Source of the DNA: a virus
Virus record (IMG/VR): IMGVR_UViG_3300009285_005282
Coordinates: 1 to 64,000 of that record
Strand: one strand, 5' to 3'
Length of the DNA: 64,000 nt
The notes beneath the pieces were generated by a model, which was given only the letters and a program-made list of their open reading frames with translations, was not told the origin of the DNA and did not search any database. Each line of letters opens with the position of its first letter. Positions within the stretch are counted from its first letter, which is position 1. Of this stretch, positions 17,174 through 26,929 are shown piece by piece. Made by a program: the position numbers and the translations under genes.

Positions 17174-18031
17174 TTACCGAGGCCCGACGACCGCCCTCTG
17201 GACAAGCTGGAGCGCCTGCTCCAGCCCTACCTTCTCGCGGCTGGCGGTCTTGACAATGAAGCCGCCCGGGTGGGCAAAACTTACATCGTCTCGACCAGCC
17301 AGCCTGGAGAAGTCCAGGCGGCTGTCGTCGTCGTAGCGGTAGAGGGTCCAGCCCGGCCCTCGGTTGTCGTAGACAATCGAGAAGGCCGTGCCGGGAGCGA
17401 ACCTCTCCCGCCACGTCTCGGTCCCGGTGACGTCCTCGCTACGCAGAACGTAGCCAGGGACACCACCGGCCTCAACCATCAGGCACTCGTTGCAGAGGGC
17501 CTTCACCCGCTGCAGCTGCCCGATAGCCGAGTCCAGGAGGGACACCCCCAGGGAGGCCAGCAGCTGGCCCAGGACTTCATCGCCCTGGGCCTCCGTCTGC
17601 TGGCCAAACCCGTCGACCAGGACCTCCTGCACCGGCGACAGGAGCTGGAATACCACCTCGGGGGTGGTTCCCAGCTCTTTCGCCAGGGCGAAAGGCCCCT
17701 TGGAGTCGATAACCTTCAGCGTACGGAACCATTTCTGGTCCGTGAACGCCTCCAGTACCGACTCCCCCCGCCAGCTCATCCCTTCGACGAGAAGGCTCAG
17801 CGCACACGCTGGCTCCGCGTCTCGGGGAAGCTGGTGGTGGTCGAAGTTCGAGCGGGCGGGCTCATGCCTGCCACCCACGTCGAACACGACCACCCGGGGG
17901 TCGTCGAGCTCTTCCCGGGAGGGTTCCCGACGGAGGACGACGTCCACCTGCGCCTGTGCGAAAAGCACCGCGGCACAGAGGAAGTCGTCCAGGTGCGCGT
18001 CACCCGCGTGGGTGACGCCGATCCGCCTCAT
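17174..18031 (-). CDS. MYG1-family (UPF0160) metal-dependent hydrolase/exonuclease
   Basis: VTHAGDAHLDD, DVGG.H.P...FDHHQ, FAHPGGF; GGAGG RBS. Confidence 0.85.
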   Translation of the reverse strand: MRRIGVTHAGDAHLDDFLCAAVLFAQAQVDVVLRREPSREELDDPRVVVFDVGGRHEPARSNFDHHQLPRDAEPACALSLLVEGMSWRGESVLEAFTDQKWFRTLKVIDSKGPFALAKELGTTPEVVFQLLSPVQEVLVDGFGQQTEAQGDEVLGQLLASLGVSLLDSAIGQLQRVKALCNECLMVEAGGVPGYVLRSEDVTGTETWRERFAPGTAFSIVYDNRGPGWTLYRYDDDSRLDFSRLAGRDDVSFAHPGGFIVKTASREKVGLEQALQLVQRAVVGPR

Positions 18032-18130
18032 GGAACCTCCACTTAGACGAGGAGACCGCCGCGTCTCCCCACGTCTGCACCAATGCAGAGTCGGGAGTGG
18101 AGGTCGCAACGGTCTCCTTAGTCTTTATTC

Positions 18131-18826
18131 TTATACCACATACAGCCACTTCGCTCGCGCCTTCCGTCTTGCAACGACCATCTCATCGCGGTAGCACCAA
18201 CACCGCACGAGCTCGGTGTAGGAGTATGGCCTTTCCAGCCAGCGCCTGCTCGCGAGGTAAATCCCCGGGTGGCACGCGGTTGTGGTATCCACCGAAAACA
18301 CAGGGGCATTGTACCATCCCCACACGTACTCGTGCCCTTTGATGTACTGACTTTTGGCCGTTCTCCACCCCCTCACTACCTCACGTCCACCTTCTACATC
18401 CAGCTCCAACCCCAGCGTTGTGATCTCTTCGTCGGAGCAGTACGGTATTCTGGCTTTGGGGTCGAGTACGGTACAAGTGAGATTGGCGTGATGGAGAACA
18501 GTGCCACAGAGATCCGCGTTGTAGAGATCGGCGTAGCGAAGATCGGCGTAGCGAAGATCAGCGTAGCGAAGATCGGCGTAGCGAAGATCAGCGTAGCGAA
18601 GATCCACATAGCGGAGATCGGCGTAGCGGAGATCCGCATAGCAGAGATTGGCGTTATGGAGGTCGGCGTGGTGGAGACGGGCGTGGTGGAGATCGACGTG
18701 GCGGAGATTGGCGTGGTGGAGATCGGCGGTGGAAAGATCGACGTAGCGGAGATTACTGTTACTGAGGTTGGCGTGGTGGAAATCACGTTTTCCTGCCTGA
18801 TACCTGGGAAGTAGCATATCTATCAC
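18131..18826 (-). CDS. Pentapeptide-repeat protein (paralogue of 1345-1974)
   Basis: (ADLRY)n repeats; same C-terminal domain; AAGGAGG RBS. Confidence 0.9.
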   Translation of the reverse strand: MIDMLLPRYQAGKRDFHHANLSNSNLRYVDLSTADLHHANLRHVDLHHARLHHADLHNANLCYADLRYADLRYVDLRYADLRYADLRYADLRYADLRYADLYNADLCGTVLHHANLTCTVLDPKARIPYCSDEEITTLGLELDVEGGREVVRGWRTAKSQYIKGHEYVWGWYNAPVFSVDTTTACHPGIYLASRRWLERPYSYTELVRCWCYRDEMVVARRKARAKWLYVV

Positions 18827-18828
18827 GT

Positions 18829-18931
18829 AAACCTCCTTTGGTTGGTTATGGACTTATACCAGATATTGAGCACGTCGTACCCAACTAAGGAATTGCCGCA
18901 GGAGTTGCGGCTAGGTGGGCGGGGTAGCGGG
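18829..18931 (-). repeat. Hairpin/TTAG + TATAAG + RBS module, copy 2
   Basis: 18829-18899 matches 20111-20181 with 8 substitutions in 71 bp by manual alignment. Confidence 0.9.
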
Positions 18932-19102
18932 TTCGTCGTCGCGGGCATCCAGGCCGGCACGGATACCGGCCCGGAGCGCCTCTTGGCGGGTTTCCTCCAG
19001 CGTTCTTTCCGCGAGAGTTAACAGCGTCCAGGAGACCCGGGTCACGGCGACCGCCGTGGCCCAGCTCCCCATCAACCCGCCTACCAGGATCAACGTTAGC
19101 AT
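18911..19102 (-). CDS. Small membrane protein
   Basis: Hydrophobic N-terminus; GGAGG RBS; TAG stop lies inside the repeat element. Confidence 0.7.
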   Translation of the reverse strand: MLTLILVGGLMGSWATAVAVTRVSWTLLTLAERTLEETRQEALRAGIRAGLDARDDEPATPPT

Positions 19103-19151
19103 TGGAACCTCCAAGAGTCTTATCCCCTTATGGAGGTCCCTTCTTGCACTA

Positions 19152-19610
19152 TTAGGGGGCGGGACTCGGTGGCGTTCCCTCAGGCCCCCATCCCCAGCTC
19201 TTTTGGACTACGGCCGCGACGGTTTTCGCAAGCTCGTGGTCCGCAATGGACGGGTGTCCCGTCCACCAACCGCGCGTGTCCCGCACAGTGATTTGCCACG
19301 GCCCCTCCCCGTGGAGCCAGACCCCTAAGGGCAGCGTGGCGGTCTCGTTCAGGACCGTCGGGTCGACGACTGGGCTGAACTTGAGAAGCAGTGCCGTGCT
19401 GAGGTCAGTGATGACCGACTCCTGCGGTTCGAGCATTGCCGTGAACACTTCCATTTGGTGCTGCAGGGTCGACAGCACGGTGTACCAAAACGCCGCCTCC
19501 TTCGCGTGCGCGTGTGCAAGTGCGTCTCCCAGACGTGCGTGTAGCGTCTGGGAGACAACCACCCAGTCATCTTGCAAGGTTTTTTGCAGCTCAGTACCTC
19601 TTTCGTCCAT
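19152..19610 (-). CDS. Hypothetical protein
   Basis: MDERGTELQ...; TAATG overlap with upstream gene. Confidence 0.7.
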   Translation of the reverse strand: MDERGTELQKTLQDDWVVVSQTLHARLGDALAHAHAKEAAFWYTVLSTLQHQMEVFTAMLEPQESVITDLSTALLLKFSPVVDPTVLNETATLPLGVWLHGEGPWQITVRDTRGWWTGHPSIADHELAKTVAAVVQKSWGWGPEGTPPSPAP

Positions 19611-20032
19611 TACCGCACCCATACCGGCGAGTTGCCGGGAAAGTCGAGGCGAGTGTCCACCACCACCACCACCTCGTAGTTCCACCAACAGCCTTCCTCT
19701 TCCAGCCGGAGAACCTCCCGCTTCGCCGCCTCCCCGACGAACAGCCGGTCGGCGGACAGCATGAGGTAGTCCCGCGTTCCCTCGTTTACCCCATCGGAGA
19801 TCTTGACGTCCATCCCTTGCGCGAGCAGGTAGCAGGGGTAGACGAGCATGTTGAGCACGGTCAGCCACCCCTTCTTGGGGGCACCGTGCAGGGCGGTGTG
19901 CTGCAACCCCCATCCTTGCCACTTCCATGCGTGGAGCACGCATTGTAGCACCAGCTCCCACGTGCGGGAGAAGTCGTTGTCCCCGAAGTTTACGAGGAGC
20001 ACCAGCTCGGTCTCAGCTTTCGGTTCGGTCAT
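19610..20032 (-). CDS. Hypothetical protein
   Basis: MTEPKAE...VNFGDNDFS; co-oriented and tightly packed. Confidence 0.7.
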   Translation of the reverse strand: MTEPKAETELVLLVNFGDNDFSRTWELVLQCVLHAWKWQGWGLQHTALHGAPKKGWLTVLNMLVYPCYLLAQGMDVKISDGVNEGTRDYLMLSADRLFVGEAAKREVLRLEEEGCWWNYEVVVVVDTRLDFPGNSPVWVR

Positions 20033-20110
20033 TGGACCCTGCCTTCTCCTCCTCAAGTACCTTCATAAGTGACTCGTCGGTCCCGGGAATGTGCAACAGG
20101 TGTTTCAATG

Positions 20111-20216
20111 AAACCTCCTTTGGTTGGTTATGGCCTTATACCAGATATCGAGTGTGTCATACCCGGCTAAGGAATTGCCGCGAGAAAGAGCGCGGCTAGG
20201 TGGGTGGAGCGGCGGG
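20111..20216 (-). repeat. Hairpin/TTAG + TATAAG + RBS module, copy 3
   Basis: TACCCGGCTAAGGAATTGCCGCG-AGAAAGAG-CGCGGCTAG on +; stem kept while the loop differs. Confidence 0.9.
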
Positions 20217-20224
20217 TCTCGACA

Positions 20225-20488
20225 TTACTTGGCGCCGGGCTTGGGGACCAGGGCGCTGCTCGTTTCGGCACGCGCCGTTTCCAGCCCCAGCGCGGCCTCA
20301 GCCCGTCGGGCATCGGCACGCGCCGTTTCCAGGGCCACCGCCGCCGCTAGCGCGGCGGCCATGAGCGCGCCCAGCTGCTGCAGCGTCTGGAGCGCTGCCA
20401 GCCCCACTTCCCGGTCGGCTTCGACCCGCCGGAGACAGACGGCCTCCGACAGCTGGACACCCCAGTGCTTTTCCGCCTCTTCTGACAT
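20225..20488 (-). CDS. Ala-rich coiled-coil hypothetical protein
   Basis: AAGGAG RBS; TATAAG at 20510. Confidence 0.7.
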   Translation of the reverse strand: MSEEAEKHWGVQLSEAVCLRRVEADREVGLAALQTLQQLGALMAAALAAAVALETARADARRAEAALGLETARAETSSALVPKPGAK

Positions 20489-20635
20489 GGTAGAACTCCT
20501 TTCATTACCCTTATATCTGAACCGCCTGAGCTATTTGCAGTTTGTGATCCTCCGTTTGCGCCGTATAGGCTGGAATCGTGATATTCTCGTTGTCGGAGGT
20601 GCCCCCTGCCTATCCCCAGTCATCAGATCACGGCT

Positions 20636-23600
20636 ATGGCGATGCAGCAACAAGCGCTCTTCGCCAACGCTGCCAATTACGCTCTTTCCATTACCCCGCC
20701 AATGGGAGGGATGGCCCCTTACGGTCCGCGTTACACGGCGGGGGCACCTCCGACGATGGTCCCACCCCCGATGATGCCGACTTCAGGCATGGGGCAGTCC
20801 GGCGGGTTGGGCAGCATGGCCATGGGTGCCATGTTCAACACCCCCGGGGGTTACATGGCGCAGGGTATGGGAGAGCAGGTGGCGAGCTCGCTCATCGGGG
20901 GTGCGCAGTCCCTCACCGGCGGTGTTGCCGCCGCTGCGAGTACGATCACCGGAGTCGCTGGAATAGCCAGTCTGTTAGGCGGAGCTGCGCTACCTGTGGT
21001 CGGAGGAGCCGTTGGTGTGCTGGGGGGCCTGCCGGCAATGACCGTTGCTGGCGGTCTGGGTATGGGAGCCTGGGGGGTTGGTCAAGCAGCTACGGGTATG
21101 GACCAACGTCAACAGCTCGCCCGGGTGATGCGCTCGCGGTTTGGGGGCATGATGGGCGCGGGTGGCGGCAACGGCGGTGTCGGGTTCAGCGCCACGGACA
21201 TCGGGGGCATGTCCACCATGGTCCGGGAGATGGCCGGCTCCGACATGTTCACCTCGTTTGAAGAGCTCACGCGAGTGCTGGACCGGACCGGACAGGGAGG
21301 GCTGTATCGGGGTGTCCAGAACGCCCGGCAGTTCCGTGAACGGTTTCGTCAGACCGTCGACACGCTGCGCGAGATTGCCCAGACCATGCACACCTCGCTG
21401 GAGGGGGCGACACAATTCTTGGAGGGGCAGCGCGCCCAAGGTTTCTTCACGGGGAGGGAGATTACCTCTTCGATGATGCAGACGCGGCTACAGGCCGGAG
21501 CGTCAGGAATCTCGGCTGCGCAGATGCAGCAGATCGGTCTGCAGGGCACCCAGATGGGCCGCATGATGGGCATGCGTGGTCGGTCCGGCTCAGCGGCGAT
21601 GCGCGCCATGGCTACGTCGTTGGGGGTGCAAATGCAGACCGGGATGCTCAGCGACGAGATGGTCGCGGAGGCTACCGGCGGGGCTACTGGCGCTGAGGGG
21701 GCACAGATCCTGGCGGCGCAGCAGATGCAGGTCGCACAGCGCTTCTTCGGCGGGAGGCGCGCAGGACGGGTGGTGCTGGCGGGGCTGTGGGACCCGGAGA
21801 CCGGCGGCATCAACGAGGATCGGCTGCGCGAGGCGATGTCGGGCAACATGACCTTTCACCAAGCGCGGAGTCGGGGAAGGGAAAACGTTCGGCGGACTGG
21901 TGGGCGCAACAGCGAGTTCTTTCTGGACCAGAACCGCATCCTGGGCGAGCTCATGGAGACCGGGCAGGGGGTCAACCTGGAGATCGCCATGTTGGAGCAG
22001 CACTACGGTCATCGTGGGTGGACACTGGACGATCCTGCCATGCAGCGGGTCATGCAGCGTCACCTTGGGGTTGGTCGGGAAGAGGTGGACGTGCTTATCC
22101 AGCAGTACCGGAACGCCCCCCAGGCAGCGACGGAGCAGCGTCTCCGTATGAACCAGCAGCTCAACCAAGAAGCGCGGGTCCGCTCCCGTGAAGTGTCCGG
22201 TGTGGAGGGCTTCCGACGACGGTTCTCCAATATGTTGGAGCGCACCATCACCAACCCCTTGCGACAGGCGGGGGATGACCTGACCACGTCTATCGCGCGC
22301 ACCGTGGAGGAGACGGTCCGGGAGATCGAGGGGCGAGTAGAGTTCCAGGCAACCGAGGAGGGACGTCGGGCTTACAGCGCGCTGGCCAGAGGAGAGGGTA
22401 CGGAGGGGCAGAAAGCGAGTCTTCGCTCCGGTCAGCGCCTTCTGGCTGGGGCCACGGTACGAAGTATGTACCAATCGCGTGACCCGTCACTGCTTCGACG
22501 ATTTGGTTCCTGGTCCGGTTTTGGGGCGCAGTCCACCTCCGAGATGCTTACCGCGTCCGGGTTTGGAGCGCCGGGTATGACCGCCCAGGCGGCGCAGGAG
22601 CAACTCTCCCAGATCACCTCCGGGATTACGCGTGGGTACGCTACCACCCACACTGACTTGGGAATGAGTGAAAAGCAGTTTGGGGCCATGCAAGGACAGA
22701 TGGCAGACTTTATCACTTCACGACAACTGACCAACGTGCCCAGTACGTGGGATCGACTTCGCGGTCGAAGTAACGACCTGGCGGTAGCTCGGGAGCGGGT
22801 GCGGCAGCTGGATGAAGCTAACGTTGGTGGGATTTCGCGTGTTTGGGCCAAGCGTGGCGAGGCGGAGAAGATCGGCATGTTGGAGCGGTTCACCGGTGAG
22901 CGTTTCGCCGGTACCGGCTACGAGACCAACGTTGGGGGTGCCGGTCTCAGCCGAGAGGCTACCTTGCGGGGGTTGGAGCGTTTGCACGAGGAGCAGGCGG
23001 AAGGCATGCGCATTCTTGGTAATAGTTTCAATACTCGGAACGGCCGACCTCTTTCGTATGAGATGATGCGCGGTAACATCCATGGGCCGGGGCAGCTCCC
23101 GGACGAGGGTGCGAGCAACACCTTTGAATTTCAGTCGTTGTTCCGCGCCACCGGGGAGTCATCGGAGCTGACGCGGCATCTGCGCGCCGCGTTGGGGGGC
23201 ACGGGGGAAGACATTCGTCAAAACGACGCGCTTACTTCGTTGCGGCTGCTCGCCTCTAACGGGCGCGGCACGGGGGTATTTCAGGGTGTAGACCTGGACC
23301 GTAGCGCCCGCGGCGCCCTGAAGGGGCTGGTACACGGCAGTCCGCGGCAAAAGGACGTGGCTTTGGGCTTGCTTGACCGGCAGACCAGCATAGCGATGGC
23401 TACCGAATTGGTGCAGCGCGGGGAGATGTACACGGGGGTCTGGGAGCGAATCAACCGGAGCAGCGAGAGCTTCAAACAGGATGTGCAGCACAGCTCTCGC
23501 CACCTGCTGGACTCCTACCTGCGTAAGCGCAGTGCCGGCGACCCCGGTGGGGCTGCGGAGGCGGCGCTGTTTGCGCATCTCACCGACCCGGCCAACGCGA

Positions 23601-24229
23601 AGAACGCACAGGACCTGCAGACGCTTACAGTGGTGCTCGGGAGGGACACGAGTACCGGGGCTAAAGCGTTGACCGGGGGGTTGCAGGCTACCCAAGGTTA
23701 CATTGGCCGCTACAGCAGGTCGTCGGGGACTGGGCGCACCACCGAGATGCTGCGTGGGCAGCTGTCTGGGATGCTCGGCGAGGGGCAGAACGTCAACCAG
23801 ATTTTTCGTGGTCGTGAGATGCAGACCTGGGCACGCAAGTTGGAGTTGGGCAAAACCGACACCACGGCGCTCGTCGAGTTCATGCAGAAACGCGGCGCGG
23901 AGTTTACGCTTACGGCAGGCGAGGTGCAGCGGAACCTCGGGGAGTTCGCAGGCTTTGCTAAAGAGGGAATCGACGATAAGGAACTTCGGACGTTGGGGAC
24001 GCGGGTCGGGCGTGGCGTGCTTGACCGCGCCGAGGCAGGGGGTCGGTCCAAGGACACGTTGCTGACCGTGAACCAGCAGCAGCTCAATACGTTGAAGGAT
24101 CTGCTGAGGGCGACCATCGTCGTAGGGGAAAAGACCAGTGGAGTAAAGGATATGCTTGCACAGATGCGCGACGTCACCTTACCGGCCCCCCCGGGGGGCA
24201 CTAACGCGCAAGGTACGGGGACTGACTAA
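20636..24229 (+). CDS. Tape-measure-like long helical virion protein
   Basis: 1197 aa, Gly/Ala/Met/Gln-rich, no Cys seen, N-terminal hydrophobic Gly-rich segments; lies near tail genes. Confidence 0.65.
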   Translation: MAMQQQALFANAANYALSITPPMGGMAPYGPRYTAGAPPTMVPPPMMPTSGMGQSGGLGSMAMGAMFNTPGGYMAQGMGEQVASSLIGGAQSLTGGVAAAASTITGVAGIASLLGGAALPVVGGAVGVLGGLPAMTVAGGLGMGAWGVGQAATGMDQRQQLARVMRSRFGGMMGAGGGNGGVGFSATDIGGMSTMVREMAGSDMFTSFEELTRVLDRTGQGGLYRGVQNARQFRERFRQTVDTLREIAQTMHTSLEGATQFLEGQRAQGFFTGREITSSMMQTRLQAGASGISAAQMQQIGLQGTQMGRMMGMRGRSGSAAMRAMATSLGVQMQTGMLSDEMVAEATGGATGAEGAQILAAQQMQVAQRFFGGRRAGRVVLAGLWDPETGGINEDRLREAMSGNMTFHQARSRGRENVRRTGGRNSEFFLDQNRILGELMETGQGVNLEIAMLEQHYGHRGWTLDDPAMQRVMQRHLGVGREEVDVLIQQYRNAPQAATEQRLRMNQQLNQEARVRSREVSGVEGFRRRFSNMLERTITNPLRQAGDDLTTSIARTVEETVREIEGRVEFQATEEGRRAYSALARGEGTEGQKASLRSGQRLLAGATVRSMYQSRDPSLLRRFGSWSGFGAQSTSEMLTASGFGAPGMTAQAAQEQLSQITSGITRGYATTHTDLGMSEKQFGAMQGQMADFITSRQLTNVPSTWDRLRGRSNDLAVARERVRQLDEANVGGISRVWAKRGEAEKIGMLERFTGERFAGTGYETNVGGAGLSREATLRGLERLHEEQAEGMRILGNSFNTRNGRPLSYEMMRGNIHGPGQLPDEGASNTFEFQSLFRATGESSELTRHLRAALGGTGEDIRQNDALTSLRLLASNGRGTGVFQGVDLDRSARGALKGLVHGSPRQKDVALGLLDRQTSIAMATELVQRGEMYTGVWERINRSSESFKQDVQHSSRHLLDSYLRKRSAGDPGGAAEAALFAHLTDPANAKNAQDLQTLTVVLGRDTSTGAKALTGGLQATQGYIGRYSRSSGTGRTTEMLRGQLSGMLGEGQNVNQIFRGREMQTWARKLELGKTDTTALVEFMQKRGAEFTLTAGEVQRNLGEFAGFAKEGIDDKELRTLGTRVGRGVLDRAEAGGRSKDTLLTVNQQQLNTLKDLLRATIVVGEKTSGVKDMLAQMRDVTLPAPPGGTNAQGTGTD

Positions 24230-24504
24230 TGACAACTTACGGCGACGGCATCGGAAGAGTTTACAGCAGGCCAGTTCCCTCCACCGAGACGGGGGTGTAT
24301 CGGCGGGAGAAGGAGGTGGTCATCATGGTTGGAGGACGGCAGGTCACCTTGGTGGTCCGGGACACCGTCGTGCCCGAGGACCCCTACGTGAATTTGGTCC
24401 GTGCGGCGGCCTACCCCTACCAGGTTGGCGGTGGGCCGTTTCCGGTGCCTCCGGTGCCCCGCACCATCAAGGATGTACTGATCAAGCGGACGATCACGAT
24501 CTGA
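24229..24504 (+). CDS. Hypothetical virion-associated protein
   Basis: TAATG overlap with the tape-measure-like gene. Confidence 0.7.
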   Translation: MTTYGDGIGRVYSRPVPSTETGVYRREKEVVIMVGGRQVTLVVRDTVVPEDPYVNLVRAAAYPYQVGGGPFPVPPVPRTIKDVLIKRTITI

Positions 24505-24540
24505 TACTGAGCTAAGGACGGTGAGGAGAAGCCTCGACCG
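24505..24540 (-). terminator. Hairpin + CTTAGCTCAGTA element
   Basis: CGGTCGAGG-CTTCT-CCTCACCG TCCTTAGCTCAGTA on -; abuts the TGA ending at 24504. Confidence 0.65.
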
Positions 24541-24583
24541 CCCGACCGTAGTGCCGGCGGCGCCCACCACACCAGGACCGGCG

Positions 24584-25276
24584 TTACCCTACCTCCCCCG
24601 GCCACACCGGGATTTCGGTGCGGATATCGTCGGCCTGGCGTTGGCACTCCACCGCCGCCAGCGTCCGCGCCGTAGCCCACGCTGCTGCCCATGTCGCAGT
24701 TCCCACCGCCGCCTCTATCGCCTCCAGCGCCCAGAACACCGCCAGCGCGCTCACTGCCTCCGTCGCATTCGCCGTCCACACTGCTGTTCGCGCTGCCTCT
24801 GCCACTTCCGCTGCTGTCTCCTCCGCCGCATCCGCCTCTGCCGCTAGCGCCGTCTTCGCCGCATCCGCCGCGTCCGTCGCCCACACTTCCGCCCACGCTA
24901 CCCGTGCTGCCCTCCCCGCCTCTGCCGCTGCCTCTGCCGCCCGCGCCGCTGCCCAGGGCGTTCGGTCCTCTCCGGACAGCCAGCGCTCAGCCCACCGTCG
25001 CCAGTCGACGGCCCAGGGGGTGCTCGGCCTCCCAATGTCCAAAAGCGCGCGGCGGATTGCCCGCTCGGTGATTCGCTCGGTTGCTCGCAGCAGTGCGGGG
25101 AGTACGCCCGCCAGTAGATTCGGCGACAACCCGTGCCGGAGTTGCCAGACCAGCCAATCACCGCGTGGACAGAGCCGCCAGGCGTCGGGTTGGGCAGCAG
25201 CGGGACCAAGTGACTCCCGCCACTCCAGCGCGATAGGGCACGAGTGGTGGGCCAGGCCCCATTCGTAGGCGTTCAT
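24584..25276 (-). CDS. Ala/Trp-rich paralogue family protein, copy E (moron-like insert)
   Basis: MNAYEWGLAHHSCP...CPRGDWLVWQLR...RQADDIRTEIPVWPGEVG; TATAAG at 25341. Confidence 0.88.
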   Translation of the reverse strand: MNAYEWGLAHHSCPIALEWRESLGPAAAQPDAWRLCPRGDWLVWQLRHGLSPNLLAGVLPALLRATERITERAIRRALLDIGRPSTPWAVDWRRWAERWLSGEDRTPWAAARAAEAAAEAGRAARVAWAEVWATDAADAAKTALAAEADAAEETAAEVAEAARTAVWTANATEAVSALAVFWALEAIEAAVGTATWAAAWATARTLAAVECQRQADDIRTEIPVWPGEVG

Positions 25277-25389
25277 CGCATTACCTCCGCATGCACCATC
25301 TCTGTCGCACCGTGCGGTTATGATGGTACATTACGGTATCCTTATAACGTGGATCTACCAGTAGCCAGCGGCTGTGGTATGGTGTGCTC

Positions 25390-26628
25390 ATGGCAGTGTT
25401 CATTGAGGCACGTACCGAGCAGTTTCAACAGGATCGGGAGGAGTACGCGGAGCGGGTGCGCCAGCGGGAGGGAACGTACCCCGTTCGGCGTCCGTTGCGC
25501 GGTTACCAGCTCAAGGCGGATACCTACGCCACGATCCGTATCATGGGTCCAACGGGGTTCCTGCCGGTTATCGACGCTGCGGGAGACTGGCGTCGTGGGG
25601 GGACCGCGGGCACCACCCACTACACCAACTTCTTCGTGCAGCAGGTGGCGGAGGAGCGGCACGAGAAGCAGCAGGTGGTGGACACCTTCGGCGAGTCGTT
25701 CATCTTCTTTTTCGGAGAGGCCCCTCGGCTGCTGCAGGTGCAGGGGTTGTTGCTGAACACCGCCGACTTCAACTGGCGGGCAGAGTTTTGGCACAACTAC
25801 GACATCTACTTTCGCGGCACCAAGCTAGTTGAGCTCGGCGCGCGGCTCTACCTCATCTACGACGACCGTATCGTCGAGGGGTACATGATCAGCGCCCAGG
25901 CGACAGAGAACGAGGCGAGCTTGGCAGCCATTCCGTTCGGCTTCCAGCTGTTCGTGACCGGTCAGACCGAGCTTTCGTTGCTCGGTGACCCCGACTTCCC
26001 AGTCTCCGCGGGGAAGCTGTTCGAGCAGACCAGCAGCTACGACGCCGCGATGCGCGTCTGGCAGCAAAGTCGGGTGGCACAGCGGGCGTTGGTGACCCCG
26101 GCAGTTCAGGCCGCCGCTATGAACCCTCCGTTCGGTACCGGAAGGATGTTGAGCTCGCTGCTGCGGGGGCAGATCATCAACGCGGGCGACCCGTCCATCA
26201 CGGGGTTTGTGCAGCGGGCATCCGCGGCCATGGCGCCGTTTCTGGGTGGGGGGCTCAAGCGTACCAAGCCTCTACGGTCTACCTTGCGCGAGAACGTTGA
26301 CGAGATGATCGGGGGCACGCCGGAGCTGTCCGCCGAGGAGCTCGCGGCGCCGCTCGCGGCCAACGATCAGTGGCTGATGGCAGACCGAATGTTCGACCTC
26401 AGTCTGGGGGGCATGATGTCCACCTTCGACGGCTGCGCACGGGAGTTTGTGGACACGATGGGTAGGATCGGGCGCGCCGTAGACGAGATCCGGGAGGCGG
26501 GGGGTCACCGGTCCCGTTCGTCGTTCTCCCGCGGCGTGGCACTAGGGGACGCCGCTCCGCCACGTCCTCCTCTGGTGGCGCGTAACGTGCCGTTCGGGAT
26601 GTCCGTGCAGGACGGCCTGCTTCTCTGA
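25390..26628 (+). CDS. Putative tail tube/baseplate-associated structural protein
   Basis: Beta-rich NFFVQQVAEE..EKQQVVDTFGE..FFFGE.PR...G.LLN...F.FQLFV segment; follows the tape-measure-like gene. Confidence 0.55.
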   Translation: MAVFIEARTEQFQQDREEYAERVRQREGTYPVRRPLRGYQLKADTYATIRIMGPTGFLPVIDAAGDWRRGGTAGTTHYTNFFVQQVAEERHEKQQVVDTFGESFIFFFGEAPRLLQVQGLLLNTADFNWRAEFWHNYDIYFRGTKLVELGARLYLIYDDRIVEGYMISAQATENEASLAAIPFGFQLFVTGQTELSLLGDPDFPVSAGKLFEQTSSYDAAMRVWQQSRVAQRALVTPAVQAAAMNPPFGTGRMLSSLLRGQIINAGDPSITGFVQRASAAMAPFLGGGLKRTKPLRSTLRENVDEMIGGTPELSAEELAAPLAANDQWLMADRMFDLSLGGMMSTFDGCAREFVDTMGRIGRAVDEIREAGGHRSRSSFSRGVALGDAAPPRPPLVARNVPFGMSVQDGLLL

Positions 26629-26662
26629 TACCCAACTAAGGAATTGCCGCAGGAGTTGCGGC
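26629..26662 (-). repeat. Dispersed hairpin/TTAG element, copy 4
   Basis: TACCCAACTAAGGAATTGCCGCAGGAGTTGCGGC immediately after the TGA ending at 26628. Confidence 0.9.
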
Positions 26663-26683
26663 GAGGGGTGGGTGCTAGCGGGG

Positions 26684-26929
26684 TCATTTCACCCGGCATG
26701 ACTCGGAGCGGCCTGTATCAGGCTCCGAGAACGCTCCGGCCGCCCGAAGCGCTGCCTCGGCTTCGTCGCTGATGTCCCAGCCGTCGAGATCGCCGGGGCG
26801 GCGTTGAGCGACCATGCCGCGGAGCGGGTAGCTCCTCGGAGCATAGTCCAGACACTGGATGCCCGCCTTTCGGCAGGCTTCCCGGATCGCGGCGAAATTC
26901 CCTTCAATCCTTTTATCCACATCATTCAA
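26684..26929 (-). CDS. Hypothetical protein (moron-like)
   Basis: TATAAG at 26941 and GGAGG upstream; true start may be GTG at 26920. Confidence 0.6.
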   Translation of the reverse strand: MNDVDKRIEGNFAAIREACRKAGIQCLDYAPRSYPLRGMVAQRRPGDLDGWDISDEAEAALRAAGAFSEPDTGRSESCRVK

